A stretch of 64,000 nucleotides of DNA from an uncultured bacterium (GTDB lineage: Bacteria > RBG-13-66-14): positions 834 to 64,833 of the forward strand of contig CAZNZF010000004.1 in the NCBI GenBank assembly GCA_964577465.1, written 5' to 3'. The notes under the pieces are model-generated. The model was not told the origin of the DNA and ran no database searches. It was given only the letters and a program-made list of their open reading frames with translations. This document shows positions 39,601 to 48,571 of this stretch, in pieces. A program made the translations under genes and the position numbers. The number at the start of each line of letters is the position of its first letter. The stretch's first letter is position 1.

Positions 39601-42600
39601 CGCGAAGAGGTTCCGCGCGCCGTCGGCGGCGGTGTTGGGGGAGGTGCAACCTACGAAGATGAGGCTCGGCACCCCGGCGTAGGTGAAGCACCGGGTCAGG
39701 ACGGCCAGGCCGTTGCCGAGGCCGGGCCCCAGCTCGATACGGTTCCCGGTGTCGTTGAGGCTCACGACGTTGATGTCGAGGGTGTTGCCCAACAGGGCGT
39801 TGAAGTTCAACAGCCCCTGGTCGCGGCGGGCGAGGCGGCCGGTCTGTGCCTCGGAGAGCCGGAAACCGAAGGAGAGCGGGTCTCCGCCCGAGAACTCCAG
39901 GGGCACCGTCATGTCCAGGTGGCCCTTCGAGGTGATGGTTTCCACCAGCTCCGACTCGGTGACGTCGGCGGGGGCCATGTCGCCGGAAACCTCCGCGCTT
40001 CTCTCCTGCGCGGCCCGGCGGTCCGCATCCGGAACGCCGACGCGGCCGACGAAGAACATCGGTTTCGAGTAGCTCGCGTTCCGGGCGTCGTAGCAGTATG
40101 TCAGCTCGGAGAAGGAGGCCACGACCGCCACCGGGGTGGTCTCCACCAGGGGCCGGCCGTCACCCGCGGGGAGGGCGGGCCAGGGTACGCGCCAGAGCAC
40201 GCCGTCCGGCGCGACGTAAACGGTTCTGGCGCCGCTCAACTCCCCCGCGTACGGGGAGAGGAGGAGGTGTCCCAATTCGGCGAGGGCGCCCGAGTCCCCG
40301 GCGTCCGCCCGGTCCACCAGCTCCCGGGCCGCCGCGCGGCTGAGCCCGATTCTCGCCTGCCGCACGCCGCCGGAATCCAGGAGCCAGGCGTAGAGGGCGT
40401 CGCCGGCGAAGAAGTACGTCAGCAGAATCTCGCCCCCGCGCAGCACCTCCGCGGCATCCTCGAGCCCGGTGGGATACACTCCCACCAGGGCGGTCAGGAT
40501 GCGTTTCCGGCCGTGCTGCTCCTCGACTATCTCGCGGTAGTGAAGCCGCTCGTCCACCAGTTGCTTTCGCAGCGTCTCCAGCCCCCCGGCCACCGCGGGG
40601 TCCGCGGAGAGGCTTTGGGCGGAGATTCGGTCGCTCAACTCCGATATCCGTTCCTGGGTGAAGAGCTCGTCGCCCAGGAACAGCTTGTCCATCTCGCTGG
40701 CCAGCTCGAGCTCCCGGTCGGCGAATATGCTCGCCATGTACGCCTGCTGCTCACGGTCCACCAGTCGGAGCGCGTCCTCGGCGGCCCCGGCGTCGGCCGA
40801 CAGGACGATCATCTTCTCGTACAGGTCGCGGATCTCGGCGAAGGTCACCGAGAGGGGCACGGTTTGGGTTTTCTGGCCGATTTCGCGCTCCACCGTTTCC
40901 AGGGCCTGTTCCAGGTAAACCTTGGCCCGGCCGGGCTCCCCGCGTGAGAGGTAGAGCTCGGCCAGTGAGCGGCTCGCCCGCCAGGACAGCCGGTCCAGGG
41001 CGAAGAGGTTCGCCCGGTCCCGCGCCCGCTGCAGGAGGTTCTCCGCCTCGGCGAAGCCTAGCTGCACCAGCGCCACCCCCCGGTTGTGCTCGCAGGCCAC
41101 TGCGCCGGCGGCGTCCCCCAGCGTTTCGTAGGTGGTCTGGGCGGTGAAGAAGGCGGCCTCGGCCTTTCGTATGCGCTCGTACCGCTCGACGGAGGTTTCG
41201 TTCTCGCCCACGAGGTACAGGCGGAGGAGCCCGCGGGCGTTGGCGATGCGCGCCCCGAGCTTCGGGTCCGCCACGCTGTAGAGTTTGGGGGCGTACTCCT
41301 CGAGCGCGCCCTGGACCTCGGCGGCGATGCCGTGGAGGTCGGTCGTCCCCTCGTCCGTCCCCCAATCGGGGAACAGCTCCTCGACGGGCGTCCCCTCCGT
41401 GCGCACCCGGTCGGCGATGTTCATGGCGATTTCCGCCAGGTTGGAGAGCGCCACGAGCGCGCCCCGGTACGCGCCGCCCGCCAGGCACGCCTGCATGGAG
41501 GCGAGGTAGTTCTTCGCCGCCTCGGCCAGGTCGCCCAGCTTGTACGACAGGTAACCGATGCGGTTGTAGATTCTCCCCCTCTCGGCGGAGACCACCTCCT
41601 CGTTCTTCTCGCCGGAGGTTTCCTCGAAGAGGGCCAGGCGCTCCTCGTAGCAGGAGATGGACGCGCGGTAATCGCCCCGACGGGAGTGGCACTTGGCCGC
41701 GAAGGTGTAGATGAGCTCCTTCTCGCCGGCGAGGTCGAACCCCCGGGCCGCCTCCGAAGTGTCGCCCACCAGCCCCGCGCTGAAGGAGAAATCCAGCAGG
41801 CCGCTCGAGGCGGTCGAGTAGCGGGCCCGACCGAGCTGGTCCAGGACGTCGAGCGCCTGCTGGAAATAATCGAGGGCGTCGGCGTAGAGCTGGAGGAAGT
41901 AGTAGCAGACGCCGATGTTTCTCAGGGCGTAGGAGCGCTTGGCTCGGGCGGCCAGGGCCGTCTCGGCGGCGCGGGTACGGTCGCCCAGGTCCGGCAGGTC
42001 CGCGGCGGCGGCCTCCTCCCGCCGGGCCACCCGGTCGTACAGGTCGGCGGATTGGATGAAGCAGTTCAGCGCCTTGTCGTAGGCCTCCTGCTCGAAGTAG
42101 ACCAGCGCCTGGCCGTCGGTGCACATGAGGACGCCCACGTCGTTGCCCATTTCGGCGAAGATGTCCCGGGCGGCCCCGTAGTGTCGGACGGCCTCGGGGT
42201 AGTTCTCGGTGTGGCGGGCGCAGCGGCCGGCGTTGAAGTGGTAGCGGGCTTCCACCTCCGCCTCGCCGGGCCCGGTCATCAACTCCTCGCGCCTCGCGTA
42301 GTGCTCGTAGGCCGGGCCGAAGTTGTACAACAGGTAGCTGGCGTTGCCGAGGGCCAGCTCGATGTCGGCCTCGAAGGCCGGGTACTCCGTCTCGTCGTTC
42401 TGGGCGCGGGCGAGGCTCAGGTAATCCAGCGCTTTTTCCAGATAATCGCCGGCCTCCCGCTCGTTGTCGTTTTCCCTCTCCCGCATGGCGCGCTCGAGAT
42501 CGATCCAGCCCAGGGTGAACCAGGCGGCCGGAAAGACGAAGCGGAGGCCCACCGCCCGGTTGAGCTCGGCCTCCGCCTCGGTCAGCTCGACGTAGTTGAC

Positions 42601-44919
42601 CCCGCTCCCCGGCCCGGTGGAGGGGTAGGTCAGGGCCAATCCGAGGGCGTAGCGGGCGATGGGGTCGTCGGGGTCGTCCCGGAGGCGGTCCCGGTACTCC
42701 CGCACGATGTCGTCCCGCTTGCCCATGTCCTCGCAGTAGAGCTTGACCAGTGCGTGGTGGCCCCGGTCGTTGGAGTAATCGAAGTCCATGGCGCGGCGGA
42801 TGAGCGCCTCGGCGCGCTGGAGGTCGTTGCGCCGGCGATAGCCGTCCGCCTCCTCCAACAGGAGGCGGCGCAGGGTCTGGGAGGCGCGGATGGACTCCAA
42901 CCCCCCCGAAAGCTCGCCGTAGGAGCCCACGATGCGCTCCAGGGCCGTCGCGGCCTCCTCGGGGTGTCCGAGGTCCTTTTCCACGTCGGCTATCTTGAAC
43001 AGGACGCTCACACCGAGGAAGCTCGCCCGCGGGTAAGCCGTCAGCACCTCGCGGTAGGCTACCAGGGCCTCCTCCTCCTGACCCATCCGCCGGAGTTCGT
43101 CGCCGATTTGACCCTGGGCGTAACCGGCCAGCTCTGGGTAGTCGGCAAAATCGCGGGTCATCTCCTCCAGGGCCACGATCCGCTCCACGTCCCGCAGGCT
43201 GCCCACGGTGAGGCTGACCAGGTCGCGCTGGGTCAGGTTCTGCCACCTCTTCTCGGCGGGGTAGTTCGTGAGGATGTAGAGGTAGCGGTCCCGGGCCTCG
43301 CCGTGGCGTCCGAGCCGCTCCAGGGAGCGGGCCGCCTTGAAGTCCGCCTCGGCGCGCAGGCTGAAATCGGAGCCCAGACGCGCGGCCGCGTCGTAGCTTT
43401 CCAGCGCCTCCTGGACCCGGCCCACCCGGTACAGGACGTCCCCGGCCAGGACGAGGCTGCCGCAGGCGACCTCGGGGACGTACTCCACGGTCTCCGCCGC
43501 CAGGTCCCGCGCGCGGGCCAGGATGTCGGGGGTCGCCTCCTCCACCGTCCGGCCCTCGTCCACGTACCGGTACGCCGCGGGGAGTTGGTCGAAGTAGATG
43601 GCCCCGAGCCACTCCTGCTGGAGCTTGGACAGCACGCTGGCCGCCCCGGCGGTTATGCCCCCCGGCCAGCGGCCGGCTACACCCGCGCGTTCGAGACCGG
43701 CCTGCCGGCTCCAGCCGAGGTTCTCCATGTCGGAGGCGAGCTCGAGCTGCGCCCGGGCGGCCAGGTCCTCCTGGCGGTAAAAGGCGTCCACGAAAAGGGT
43801 GAAGGCCAGCAGCCGGGCGGTGGGGTCCTCGACGACCCCCCGCGCCAGACGCAGGGCGGTGGAGGGATTTTCCGGCAGCTCGGGGGGGGCGAGCGGCATG
43901 CTCCAGATGTCGCCGTTAAAGGAGCGGTCGGAGCTGAAATAGACGAGGGTGCCGTCGGTGTCGGCGAACCCGTCCCAGTCGGCGCCCGCAGTGAGGCGGC
44001 GGTAGGCCGCCTGACCGGGTTTAAGGCGGTCGGCCGCGGCTGCTCCGGGCGTCGAACCCTCCAGAATGCGCTCCAGCGCCTCCGCTTCCAGAAAGCAGAG
44101 CTGGGCGTTGTCCCGGGTGTCAATGACGCCGTCGGAGTTGGTGTCCAGGGCGAAACGGGTGAAGAGGAGGCCCTCCGGTCTCCAGCGCGGCCGGACCATG
44201 ACCCCCGCCTCGGATACCAGGGGCCGGCGAAGGCCGTCCGAGAGCCGCCGGGCCTCCAGGGTGCTGCCGCCCATTCCGGGGACGACGTAGCACAGCCAGG
44301 ACCCGTCGGGGGAGAGGGTCGGGTTGGCGCCGCCCGCCTCGGTGATGCGCTGGAGCCCCTCTCCCGTCCGCTCCACTCGGAAGACGTTGGACAGGTTCGG
44401 GGGCGGTTCCCATTCCGCGTCCACCGCCCCGGGAGGCGGCCGATAGTCGGCGGGCTCCGACCGGGTGAAGTAGATGTAGTTCTCGTCGGGCGTGGGTATG
44501 GGGGTCTCGTCGCGGCCCAGGTGGGTCGTCAGCCGCGTGGCGAAGCCCAGCTCGATGCTGTAGCAGTAAATCTCGCCCTCGGGGTCGTCACGGGTGCTGG
44601 TGAAGTAGATTTTCGTCCCGTCGGGCGACCAGACCGGGTTGTAGTCGTCGGCGGTGTTGGTCGTGAGCTGGGTCTGCTCGCGGCTCTCCAGGTCCATGAG
44701 CCAGATGTCCGAGTTCCCGCTCGCGTCGGACACGAAGGCCAGCCGGTTGTCCCGGCGGTCGACCGCCGGGGAGGACTCGAAAGAAATGCGGGTGGTGATT
44801 TGGACCGACTCGGGCAGGGGGAACGTCTCCAGCCCCTCCCCCTCTGGGGCGTCGGCTCCGACGGCCGGCGCGAGGAGGACCGGGAGAAACGCGCAGATGA
44901 ACGGGTAAAGACGCGGCAT
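36613..44919 (-). CDS. Giant secreted multidomain protein: TolB-like propeller + TPR arrays + degenerate CHAT + TPR arrays + C-terminal CHAT (caspase-like) domain
   Basis: 2768 aa, single open frame. Signal peptide MPRLYPFICAFLPVLLAPAVG. N-terminal SPDG...IYF repeats. C-terminal ..LHLATHT.. and ..LAVLSACETA.. His/Cys dyad. The internal CHAT-like region has no Cys at the catalytic position (..VVSLNDTGN..). Confidence 0.75.
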   Translation of the reverse strand: MPRLYPFICAFLPVLLAPAVGADAPEGEGLETFPLPESVQITTRISFESSPAVDRRDNRLAFVSDASGNSDIWLMDLESREQTQLTTNTADDYNPVWSPDGTKIYFTSTRDDPEGEIYCYSIELGFATRLTTHLGRDETPIPTPDENYIYFTRSEPADYRPPPGAVDAEWEPPPNLSNVFRVERTGEGLQRITEAGGANPTLSPDGSWLCYVVPGMGGSTLEARRLSDGLRRPLVSEAGVMVRPRWRPEGLLFTRFALDTNSDGVIDTRDNAQLCFLEAEALERILEGSTPGAAAADRLKPGQAAYRRLTAGADWDGFADTDGTLVYFSSDRSFNGDIWSMPLAPPELPENPSTALRLARGVVEDPTARLLAFTLFVDAFYRQEDLAARAQLELASDMENLGWSRQAGLERAGVAGRWPGGITAGAASVLSKLQQEWLGAIYFDQLPAAYRYVDEGRTVEEATPDILARARDLAAETVEYVPEVACGSLVLAGDVLYRVGRVQEALESYDAAARLGSDFSLRAEADFKAARSLERLGRHGEARDRYLYILTNYPAEKRWQNLTQRDLVSLTVGSLRDVERIVALEEMTRDFADYPELAGYAQGQIGDELRRMGQEEEALVAYREVLTAYPRASFLGVSVLFKIADVEKDLGHPEEAATALERIVGSYGELSGGLESIRASQTLRRLLLEEADGYRRRNDLQRAEALIRRAMDFDYSNDRGHHALVKLYCEDMGKRDDIVREYRDRLRDDPDDPIARYALGLALTYPSTGPGSGVNYVELTEAEAELNRAVGLRFVFPAAWFTLGWIDLERAMRERENDNEREAGDYLEKALDYLSLARAQNDETEYPAFEADIELALGNASYLLYNFGPAYEHYARREELMTGPGEAEVEARYHFNAGRCARHTENYPEAVRHYGAARDIFAEMGNDVGVLMCTDGQALVYFEQEAYDKALNCFIQSADLYDRVARREEAAAADLPDLGDRTRAAETALAARAKRSYALRNIGVCYYFLQLYADALDYFQQALDVLDQLGRARYSTASSGLLDFSFSAGLVGDTSEAARGFDLAGEKELIYTFAAKCHSRRGDYRASISCYEERLALFEETSGEKNEEVVSAERGRIYNRIGYLSYKLGDLAEAAKNYLASMQACLAGGAYRGALVALSNLAEIAMNIADRVRTEGTPVEELFPDWGTDEGTTDLHGIAAEVQGALEEYAPKLYSVADPKLGARIANARGLLRLYLVGENETSVERYERIRKAEAAFFTAQTTYETLGDAAGAVACEHNRGVALVQLGFAEAENLLQRARDRANLFALDRLSWRASRSLAELYLSRGEPGRAKVYLEQALETVEREIGQKTQTVPLSVTFAEIRDLYEKMIVLSADAGAAEDALRLVDREQQAYMASIFADRELELASEMDKLFLGDELFTQERISELSDRISAQSLSADPAVAGGLETLRKQLVDERLHYREIVEEQHGRKRILTALVGVYPTGLEDAAEVLRGGEILLTYFFAGDALYAWLLDSGGVRQARIGLSRAAARELVDRADAGDSGALAELGHLLLSPYAGELSGARTVYVAPDGVLWRVPWPALPAGDGRPLVETTPVAVVASFSELTYCYDARNASYSKPMFFVGRVGVPDADRRAAQERSAEVSGDMAPADVTESELVETITSKGHLDMTVPLEFSGGDPLSFGFRLSEAQTGRLARRDQGLLNFNALLGNTLDINVVSLNDTGNRIELGPGLGNGLAVLTRCFTYAGVPSLIFVGCTSPNTAADGARNLFAEAFARWRLSEPPAEAVRRAQLEVREKYPSTMDWAGAILLGFAGFSDVEARTFAEEQFSNTVRSALAYQGEGDFETALYQFLKAAGMAERLGDDEKKLQLWGAAVSAAHDSGKLKLALEYQVKLLEAARDPVSRAKAYRRLSALEAETGDLDAGLEANGHYLDTLGELGGPEVAALVDPYISGHLDRARLLVRAYRFEEAAVEYNLAADLAVGAEREATRAQVTLELGNLYQANLDDQERAGGYAELSRLTFVSLGDPVGEARALALLGFIATEKGDLPAARAYHTEGLAKAEKYPGEPDTPAARLDNLFGLAKAYWKDRSFNQSLEISQKVLAELGENGPPGLIARFLGSEALSLLGMRRTDEALAAATAALEKAEASGDAQETAAAHSNLGLVYRSSGRLGIARVHFEEALAEDRRIGYSQGVSNDLRHLAAVAELEGNTAEARTFHERYLADADLTNPRTILGYCDVARLVLPDDPAKAADCLDRARRGAVAADRPDLLWRVHHQLSRLAENSGDRPTALAEFDLALETVRQAAPESPLSAALQGIFVGAKQLFTHGIGLALESGDFRRSLELEEICRSVVGERTLLSADIPWRDAELGQALTRYTELSRRISLLLGAESDAGLDGALAEEDALVDEIAERWPAFAGVVGKTATAEEIIRGVGDRRAALVYHMDGDRLWSWLVDGDGVRVVERPAQAARNAVRELTTLFTSRGDPDRFDALAAALAAEVIGPWADELSAADPDELLIIPDGELAYVPFAVLPFGDGCLLDRFPLAYAPSFTAWLTPVNDAYGELPLVSFANPTTGNPRDDLPFAEKEAESIAGLFPGGPAPFTGRAALKSRYTELAGRARRLHLATHTRLAPGDPLSSALLLTPDEGTGDDGLLTVRDILALPLDCELAVLSACETAVPEGADGLEFLSLARAFLIAGADAVAATFWRTSDIATAITVRNLFLGLADGLPPAEALRLAQLSTRASFPSPAYWGGFGVFTRRAP

Positions 44920-45138
44920 TTTTCTTGCGGGTTACGGCGCGGCGCCTCGGAACGGGCTTTTCCCACCAGGATTATACACGCCGTCCGTTACGTTGGGTAG
45001 CGCTCGAGGGGGCGGCGCCTTGCCAAAGGACCGCGGAGGTGCTACCATTCGAGTGAAAAGAGACGTTGTCCCGTAAGGCGATGCGTTTTCCGTAAGTCAC
45101 TGTTCCACGCAGGTGGGCGAACACCCTGGGAGGTTGAG

Positions 45139-45795
45139 ATGAAGCCAACGGTGGTAGTGCTCCTCTTCGTCGCCCTCGTCGCCTCGTTCTCGGCCGATTT
45201 TTCCGGAAAGAGGGGCTACGGTCGTTTCGGTTTCCGCGCCGCCTATCCCATCGCCCTCACCGAGCCCTACCCGCAATCGTTCGATAACGAGAACGTCGCG
45301 ACCACGGAGTACACGACCAGCGTTTACGCGGCCCTGGAGGGCGGGGTCGGCTTCTCCGACTACCTGGAGCTGACGATCGGGTTGAACTTCCACTTCGCCA
45401 CCGCGTCGGCCACCAACGACCTGGGCGACCATCTGCCGAACTACGACCTCACGGCGGGCGAGGGCTCGATTGCGGCCGGCCTGAACGCCTACTTCATCAG
45501 GGGGAACATCCGGCCCTATGGCCACGTGGACCTGGGCGTCTCCTTCAACTACACCGATTTCGACAACGCGCCGGGCTACACCCGCTCCCTGGCCCTGGGC
45601 GTGGGGATCGGCGTCGGCTGCCAGTTCGTCCTCAGCCAGGTTTTTTACCTGGAGCCCTTCGTCCACTACCGCCTCCACGCGAGCGGCACCTACACCTTCA
45701 ACATCGACCAGCCGAACCCCAAACCGCGCGAGCAGGATTTCCTGGCCACGCCGATGGTTCTGTGCTGCGGTCTGGGGTTCGGGTTCCTCTTCTAG
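45139..45795 (+). CDS. Small outer-membrane beta-barrel protein (OmpW/OmpA-like, 8-strand class)
   Basis: Signal peptide MKPTVVVLLFVALVASFSA. Alternating amphipathic strands. C-terminal aromatic (..GFGFLF). Confidence 0.55.
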   Translation: MKPTVVVLLFVALVASFSADFSGKRGYGRFGFRAAYPIALTEPYPQSFDNENVATTEYTTSVYAALEGGVGFSDYLELTIGLNFHFATASATNDLGDHLPNYDLTAGEGSIAAGLNAYFIRGNIRPYGHVDLGVSFNYTDFDNAPGYTRSLALGVGIGVGCQFVLSQVFYLEPFVHYRLHASGTYTFNIDQPNPKPREQDFLATPMVLCCGLGFGFLF

Positions 45796-45833
45796 CGGCC
45801 GGTCCCGTTCAATGGCGGTTATCGCAGTGTCGG

Positions 45834-45867
45834 GCAAGGGGTAAGGCAAGGGGTTTAAACCCCTTGT
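45834..45867. repeat. Palindrome family A copy with a duplicated left arm (GGGCAAGGGGTAAGGCAAGGGGTTTAAACCCCTTG)
   Basis: Intergenic, after the OMP gene. Confidence 0.65.
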
Positions 45868-45939
45868 TCCGCGCCTTGTCTCCATTGATTCTTGACCAAA
45901 GGGGTCGTCCTTTATATCATGGGGGCCGTGAGGACGGCG

Positions 45940-47247
45940 ATGAACGATTCCGCAAGCTCCGACCGCGCCCCCCGCCTGACCATCGGCGTGCCACGCGCCC
46001 TGGACTACTTCATCCATTACCCCCTGGTGCGCGAGCTCCTCGGCGGCCTCGGTTTCAAGATCAAGCTCAGCACGCCCACCAACCGCGCCGTCCTGGACGC
46101 CGGCACGACCTACACCGTCACCGACGCCTGCATCCCGGTCAAGGTCTTCCACGGTCACGTGCACTCCCTCCTCGGCGCGTGCGACGCGATCTACCTCCCC
46201 CGGTTGGTCAAGGTCCGGCGGCTGAAGCACCGGGGCCGTTCCTACCGCGAATCCTTCTGCCCGAAATTCATCGGCCTGCCAGACATCGTCCGGAACACGA
46301 TGGGACTGGAGACGGTGGAGCAGCTCGGTCCCGGGGCGCGGGCCCGCCGGTCGCTCCGCCGCCGCCTCCGGCTCGCCCAGCCCCCGCCGCCCGACGGCGT
46401 GCGCGAGCTGCCCATCGTCCGGCGCGGACAGCCCGACGCGAGCCTCCCCTCCGACAATCCCGTCCTCATCGACATCAACGTGGACCTCACCCGCCGCTTC
46501 GCCACCCTGTACCGCGTGGCGAACCAGCTCCGCCGCCTCAAGTACTTCAGCTACGTCCACCTCTACCGCGTTTACCGCAGGGCGCTGCGGTTCCAGCGCC
46601 GGTACGAGAGGCTGCTGGGGCTGGGTCTTTCGCCCGACGAGGCGCTGCGCGTCCTGGATAAAGACGGGCAGCCGCCCTCTCCCACCGTCGGCGCCAGGGG
46701 CGTGCTGGCCGTGGTCGGCTACCCCTACCTCCTCTTCGACCCCTACCTGGGGGCGGGGGTGGTCAAGCGGTTCGCGGAACGGGGATACGACGTCTGTACC
46801 CCCTGGCGGCTCTGGCGGGACAAGCGTTCCCTGGTCCTAGGCGCCCTGCACAAGGAGCGGCCCTTCTTCTGGTATTTCTCCAACATCGTCGCCGACGCGG
46901 CGCTGTACCTCATCCATTACGGGGCCACCCCGGAGCAGGCGGCCGGGGAGCGGCTGACCCGGCGGGGGTTCCTGGGTCATCTGCTGGCGAGGAGTCGGGG
47001 GAAGCGGGCCGGGGCGCCCACCGTGGGGCTGGTGCACGTGACCAGCGCCACCTGCGGCCCCGACGCCTTCGTGGGCAAGATGCTGGAGCAGGAGGCGAAG
47101 AAGGCGGGGGTCCCCATGCTGATCCTCCAGGTGGACGAGCAGTCCGGCGAGGCGGGCATCCTCACCCGCATCGAGGCGTTTTGCGACATGCTGGAACGGA
47201 GCGGAAACGGTCCCACGGCCAAGGGGGGCGGGGTTGGGCTCGCCTAG
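45940..47247 (+). CDS. DUF2229-like protein (domain family found in acyl-CoA dehydratase 'CoA-substrate-specific enzyme activase' proteins)
   Basis: ..LTIGVPRALDYFIHYPLVRELLGGLGFKIKLSTPTN.. resembles the DUF2229 N-terminal signature. Start trimmed to MNDSASS (GAGGA RBS); the ORF begins at 45892. Confidence 0.45.
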   Translation: MNDSASSDRAPRLTIGVPRALDYFIHYPLVRELLGGLGFKIKLSTPTNRAVLDAGTTYTVTDACIPVKVFHGHVHSLLGACDAIYLPRLVKVRRLKHRGRSYRESFCPKFIGLPDIVRNTMGLETVEQLGPGARARRSLRRRLRLAQPPPPDGVRELPIVRRGQPDASLPSDNPVLIDINVDLTRRFATLYRVANQLRRLKYFSYVHLYRVYRRALRFQRRYERLLGLGLSPDEALRVLDKDGQPPSPTVGARGVLAVVGYPYLLFDPYLGAGVVKRFAERGYDVCTPWRLWRDKRSLVLGALHKERPFFWYFSNIVADAALYLIHYGATPEQAAGERLTRRGFLGHLLARSRGKRAGAPTVGLVHVTSATCGPDAFVGKMLEQEAKKAGVPMLILQVDEQSGEAGILTRIEAFCDMLERSGNGPTAKGGGVGLA

Positions 47248-48571
47248 AACCGACGGGTTCGCCCGGGAGCTGGCGCGCTGCGTGGCCTGCGGGAAGTGCC
47301 GCGCCGTCTGCCCCGTCTTCGCCGTGGAGGGCTCCGAGGCCAGCTCGGCCCGGGGGAAGCTGAAGCTCCTGGCCGCCGCCGAGGCCGGGGAACTGGCCTA
47401 CGACGCCGACCTGGCGAAGCTCATCGGCGACTGCCTGGGCTGCAGGATGTGCGTGGAGGAGTGCCCGCAGGGGACGCGGGTGCAGGAGCTGGTCTTCGCC
47501 GCTCGGGAGCGCATCGCCGGTCGGCGGGGCCGCGGAATTTTGAGTCTTTTAATACTGCGGTATCTGCTCCCCCGGCGGGCGCTCCTGGCGTCCGCGGCCT
47601 CGGCGGTGGGACGTCTGCAGGCCGTAGGAGCCGCTCTATTCAGCCTGTTCAGTCCACGTTCCGGTGACCACCTTTCGTCTTCGCAACGCACCCAGCGCGC
47701 CCTGGCCGGCGTTTATCACTTTCTCCTCCCCCTGGCCGGGCTCTCGCCCCGCCTCGTGCCCCCGACGCTGGCCCGCCGCCCCTTCGGACTCGACCGGGGC
47801 GAGGTGCTCGCGCGAGGCGGTCCCGGCGCCCCGCGCTACGGTCTCTTCACGGGCTGCGCCGTGGACCTGGCCTACCCCGCCGCGGGCGAGGCGGTAATCC
47901 GGCTGGCCGAGGCCCTGGGCGTCACGCTGGTCGCCCCAAAGAACCAGGCGTGCTGCGGGCTGCCCGCCTGGGGGAACGGCGACCGCCGGGTGTCGGCGTC
48001 ACTCGCCGAAGCCAACGCGGCCGCCTTCGCCGACCATCAACTCGACGGAATCGTCACCCCCTGCGCCTCCTGTGCGAGCTTCCTCCGCGGGCACTACACC
48101 GGCCCACTCGCCGATACCCTGACCTTCGAAGAACTCCTAGTCCGCCGCCTGGACGACCTGCCCCTCGTGCGCGACCCGTCGCTCGTAATCACCTACCACC
48201 AGCCGTGCCACCTGGCCCGTTATTTAAAGGTGGACCTGGCCGAGGGCATCCTGCGCCGGCTGGGGGAGTACGTCGAGCTGTCCGAGCGGGACGTGTGCTG
48301 CGGCGGGGCGGGGAGCTACTTCATAAAAAATCCCGACACGGCGGCGCGCATCGGGGAGCGCAAGGCGAAGAATATTCTCGCCACCGGCGCCGGGGTCGTC
48401 GCCACCTCGTGCCCGGGGTGCGCGGTTCAGATAGAGGCTTCGCTGGCCCGGCTCGGCGCCGACGTCCGCGTGGCCCTGTTGGGGGAGCTGGTGGCCGAGT
48501 CCCTCGCCCGGTCTACTTCTCCGCCCGGCAGACCAGATAGCCGCCGCTCGGCGCAAACGTCCGGTCCCTGA
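47234..48571 (+). CDS. Fe-S oxidoreductase (GlcF/LutA/HdrD-like: two [4Fe-4S] ferredoxin motifs plus two CCG domains)
   Basis: CVACGKCRAVCP and CLGCRMCVEECP, then CCG-type Cys motifs (QACCGLP, TPCASCASF, VCCGGAGSYF, TSCPGCAVQ). Overlaps the upstream gene by 14 nt. Confidence 0.65.
   Translation: MGSPRTDGFARELARCVACGKCRAVCPVFAVEGSEASSARGKLKLLAAAEAGELAYDADLAKLIGDCLGCRMCVEECPQGTRVQELVFAARERIAGRRGRGILSLLILRYLLPRRALLASAASAVGRLQAVGAALFSLFSPRSGDHLSSSQRTQRALAGVYHFLLPLAGLSPRLVPPTLARRPFGLDRGEVLARGGPGAPRYGLFTGCAVDLAYPAAGEAVIRLAEALGVTLVAPKNQACCGLPAWGNGDRRVSASLAEANAAAFADHQLDGIVTPCASCASFLRGHYTGPLADTLTFEELLVRRLDDLPLVRDPSLVITYHQPCHLARYLKVDLAEGILRRLGEYVELSERDVCCGGAGSYFIKNPDTAARIGERKAKNILATGAGVVATSCPGCAVQIEASLARLGADVRVALLGELVAESLARSTSPPGRPDSRRSAQTSGP

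Noticed and set aside
36613-44919. TPR-CHAT architecture reminiscent of the type III-E CRISPR-associated protease (Csx29 / Craspase).
   Set aside because: The protein has an N-terminal signal peptide and a TolB-like propeller. No cas genes or CRISPR array are nearby. A secreted TPR/CHAT scaffold is more likely than a CRISPR-associated caspase.
41086-45000. 1304-aa plus-strand ORF antisense to the giant CHAT/TPR gene. Similarly long antisense ORFs at 2094..5051, 52825..55731 and 18559..19842, and many Arg/Pro/Gly-rich ORFs.
   Set aside because: Stop-codon-poor alternate frames are expected at ~68% GC. Their products are low-complexity R/G/P/A-rich and they overlap well-supported genes (valS, rng, the Sdh-like flavoprotein, the CHAT protein).
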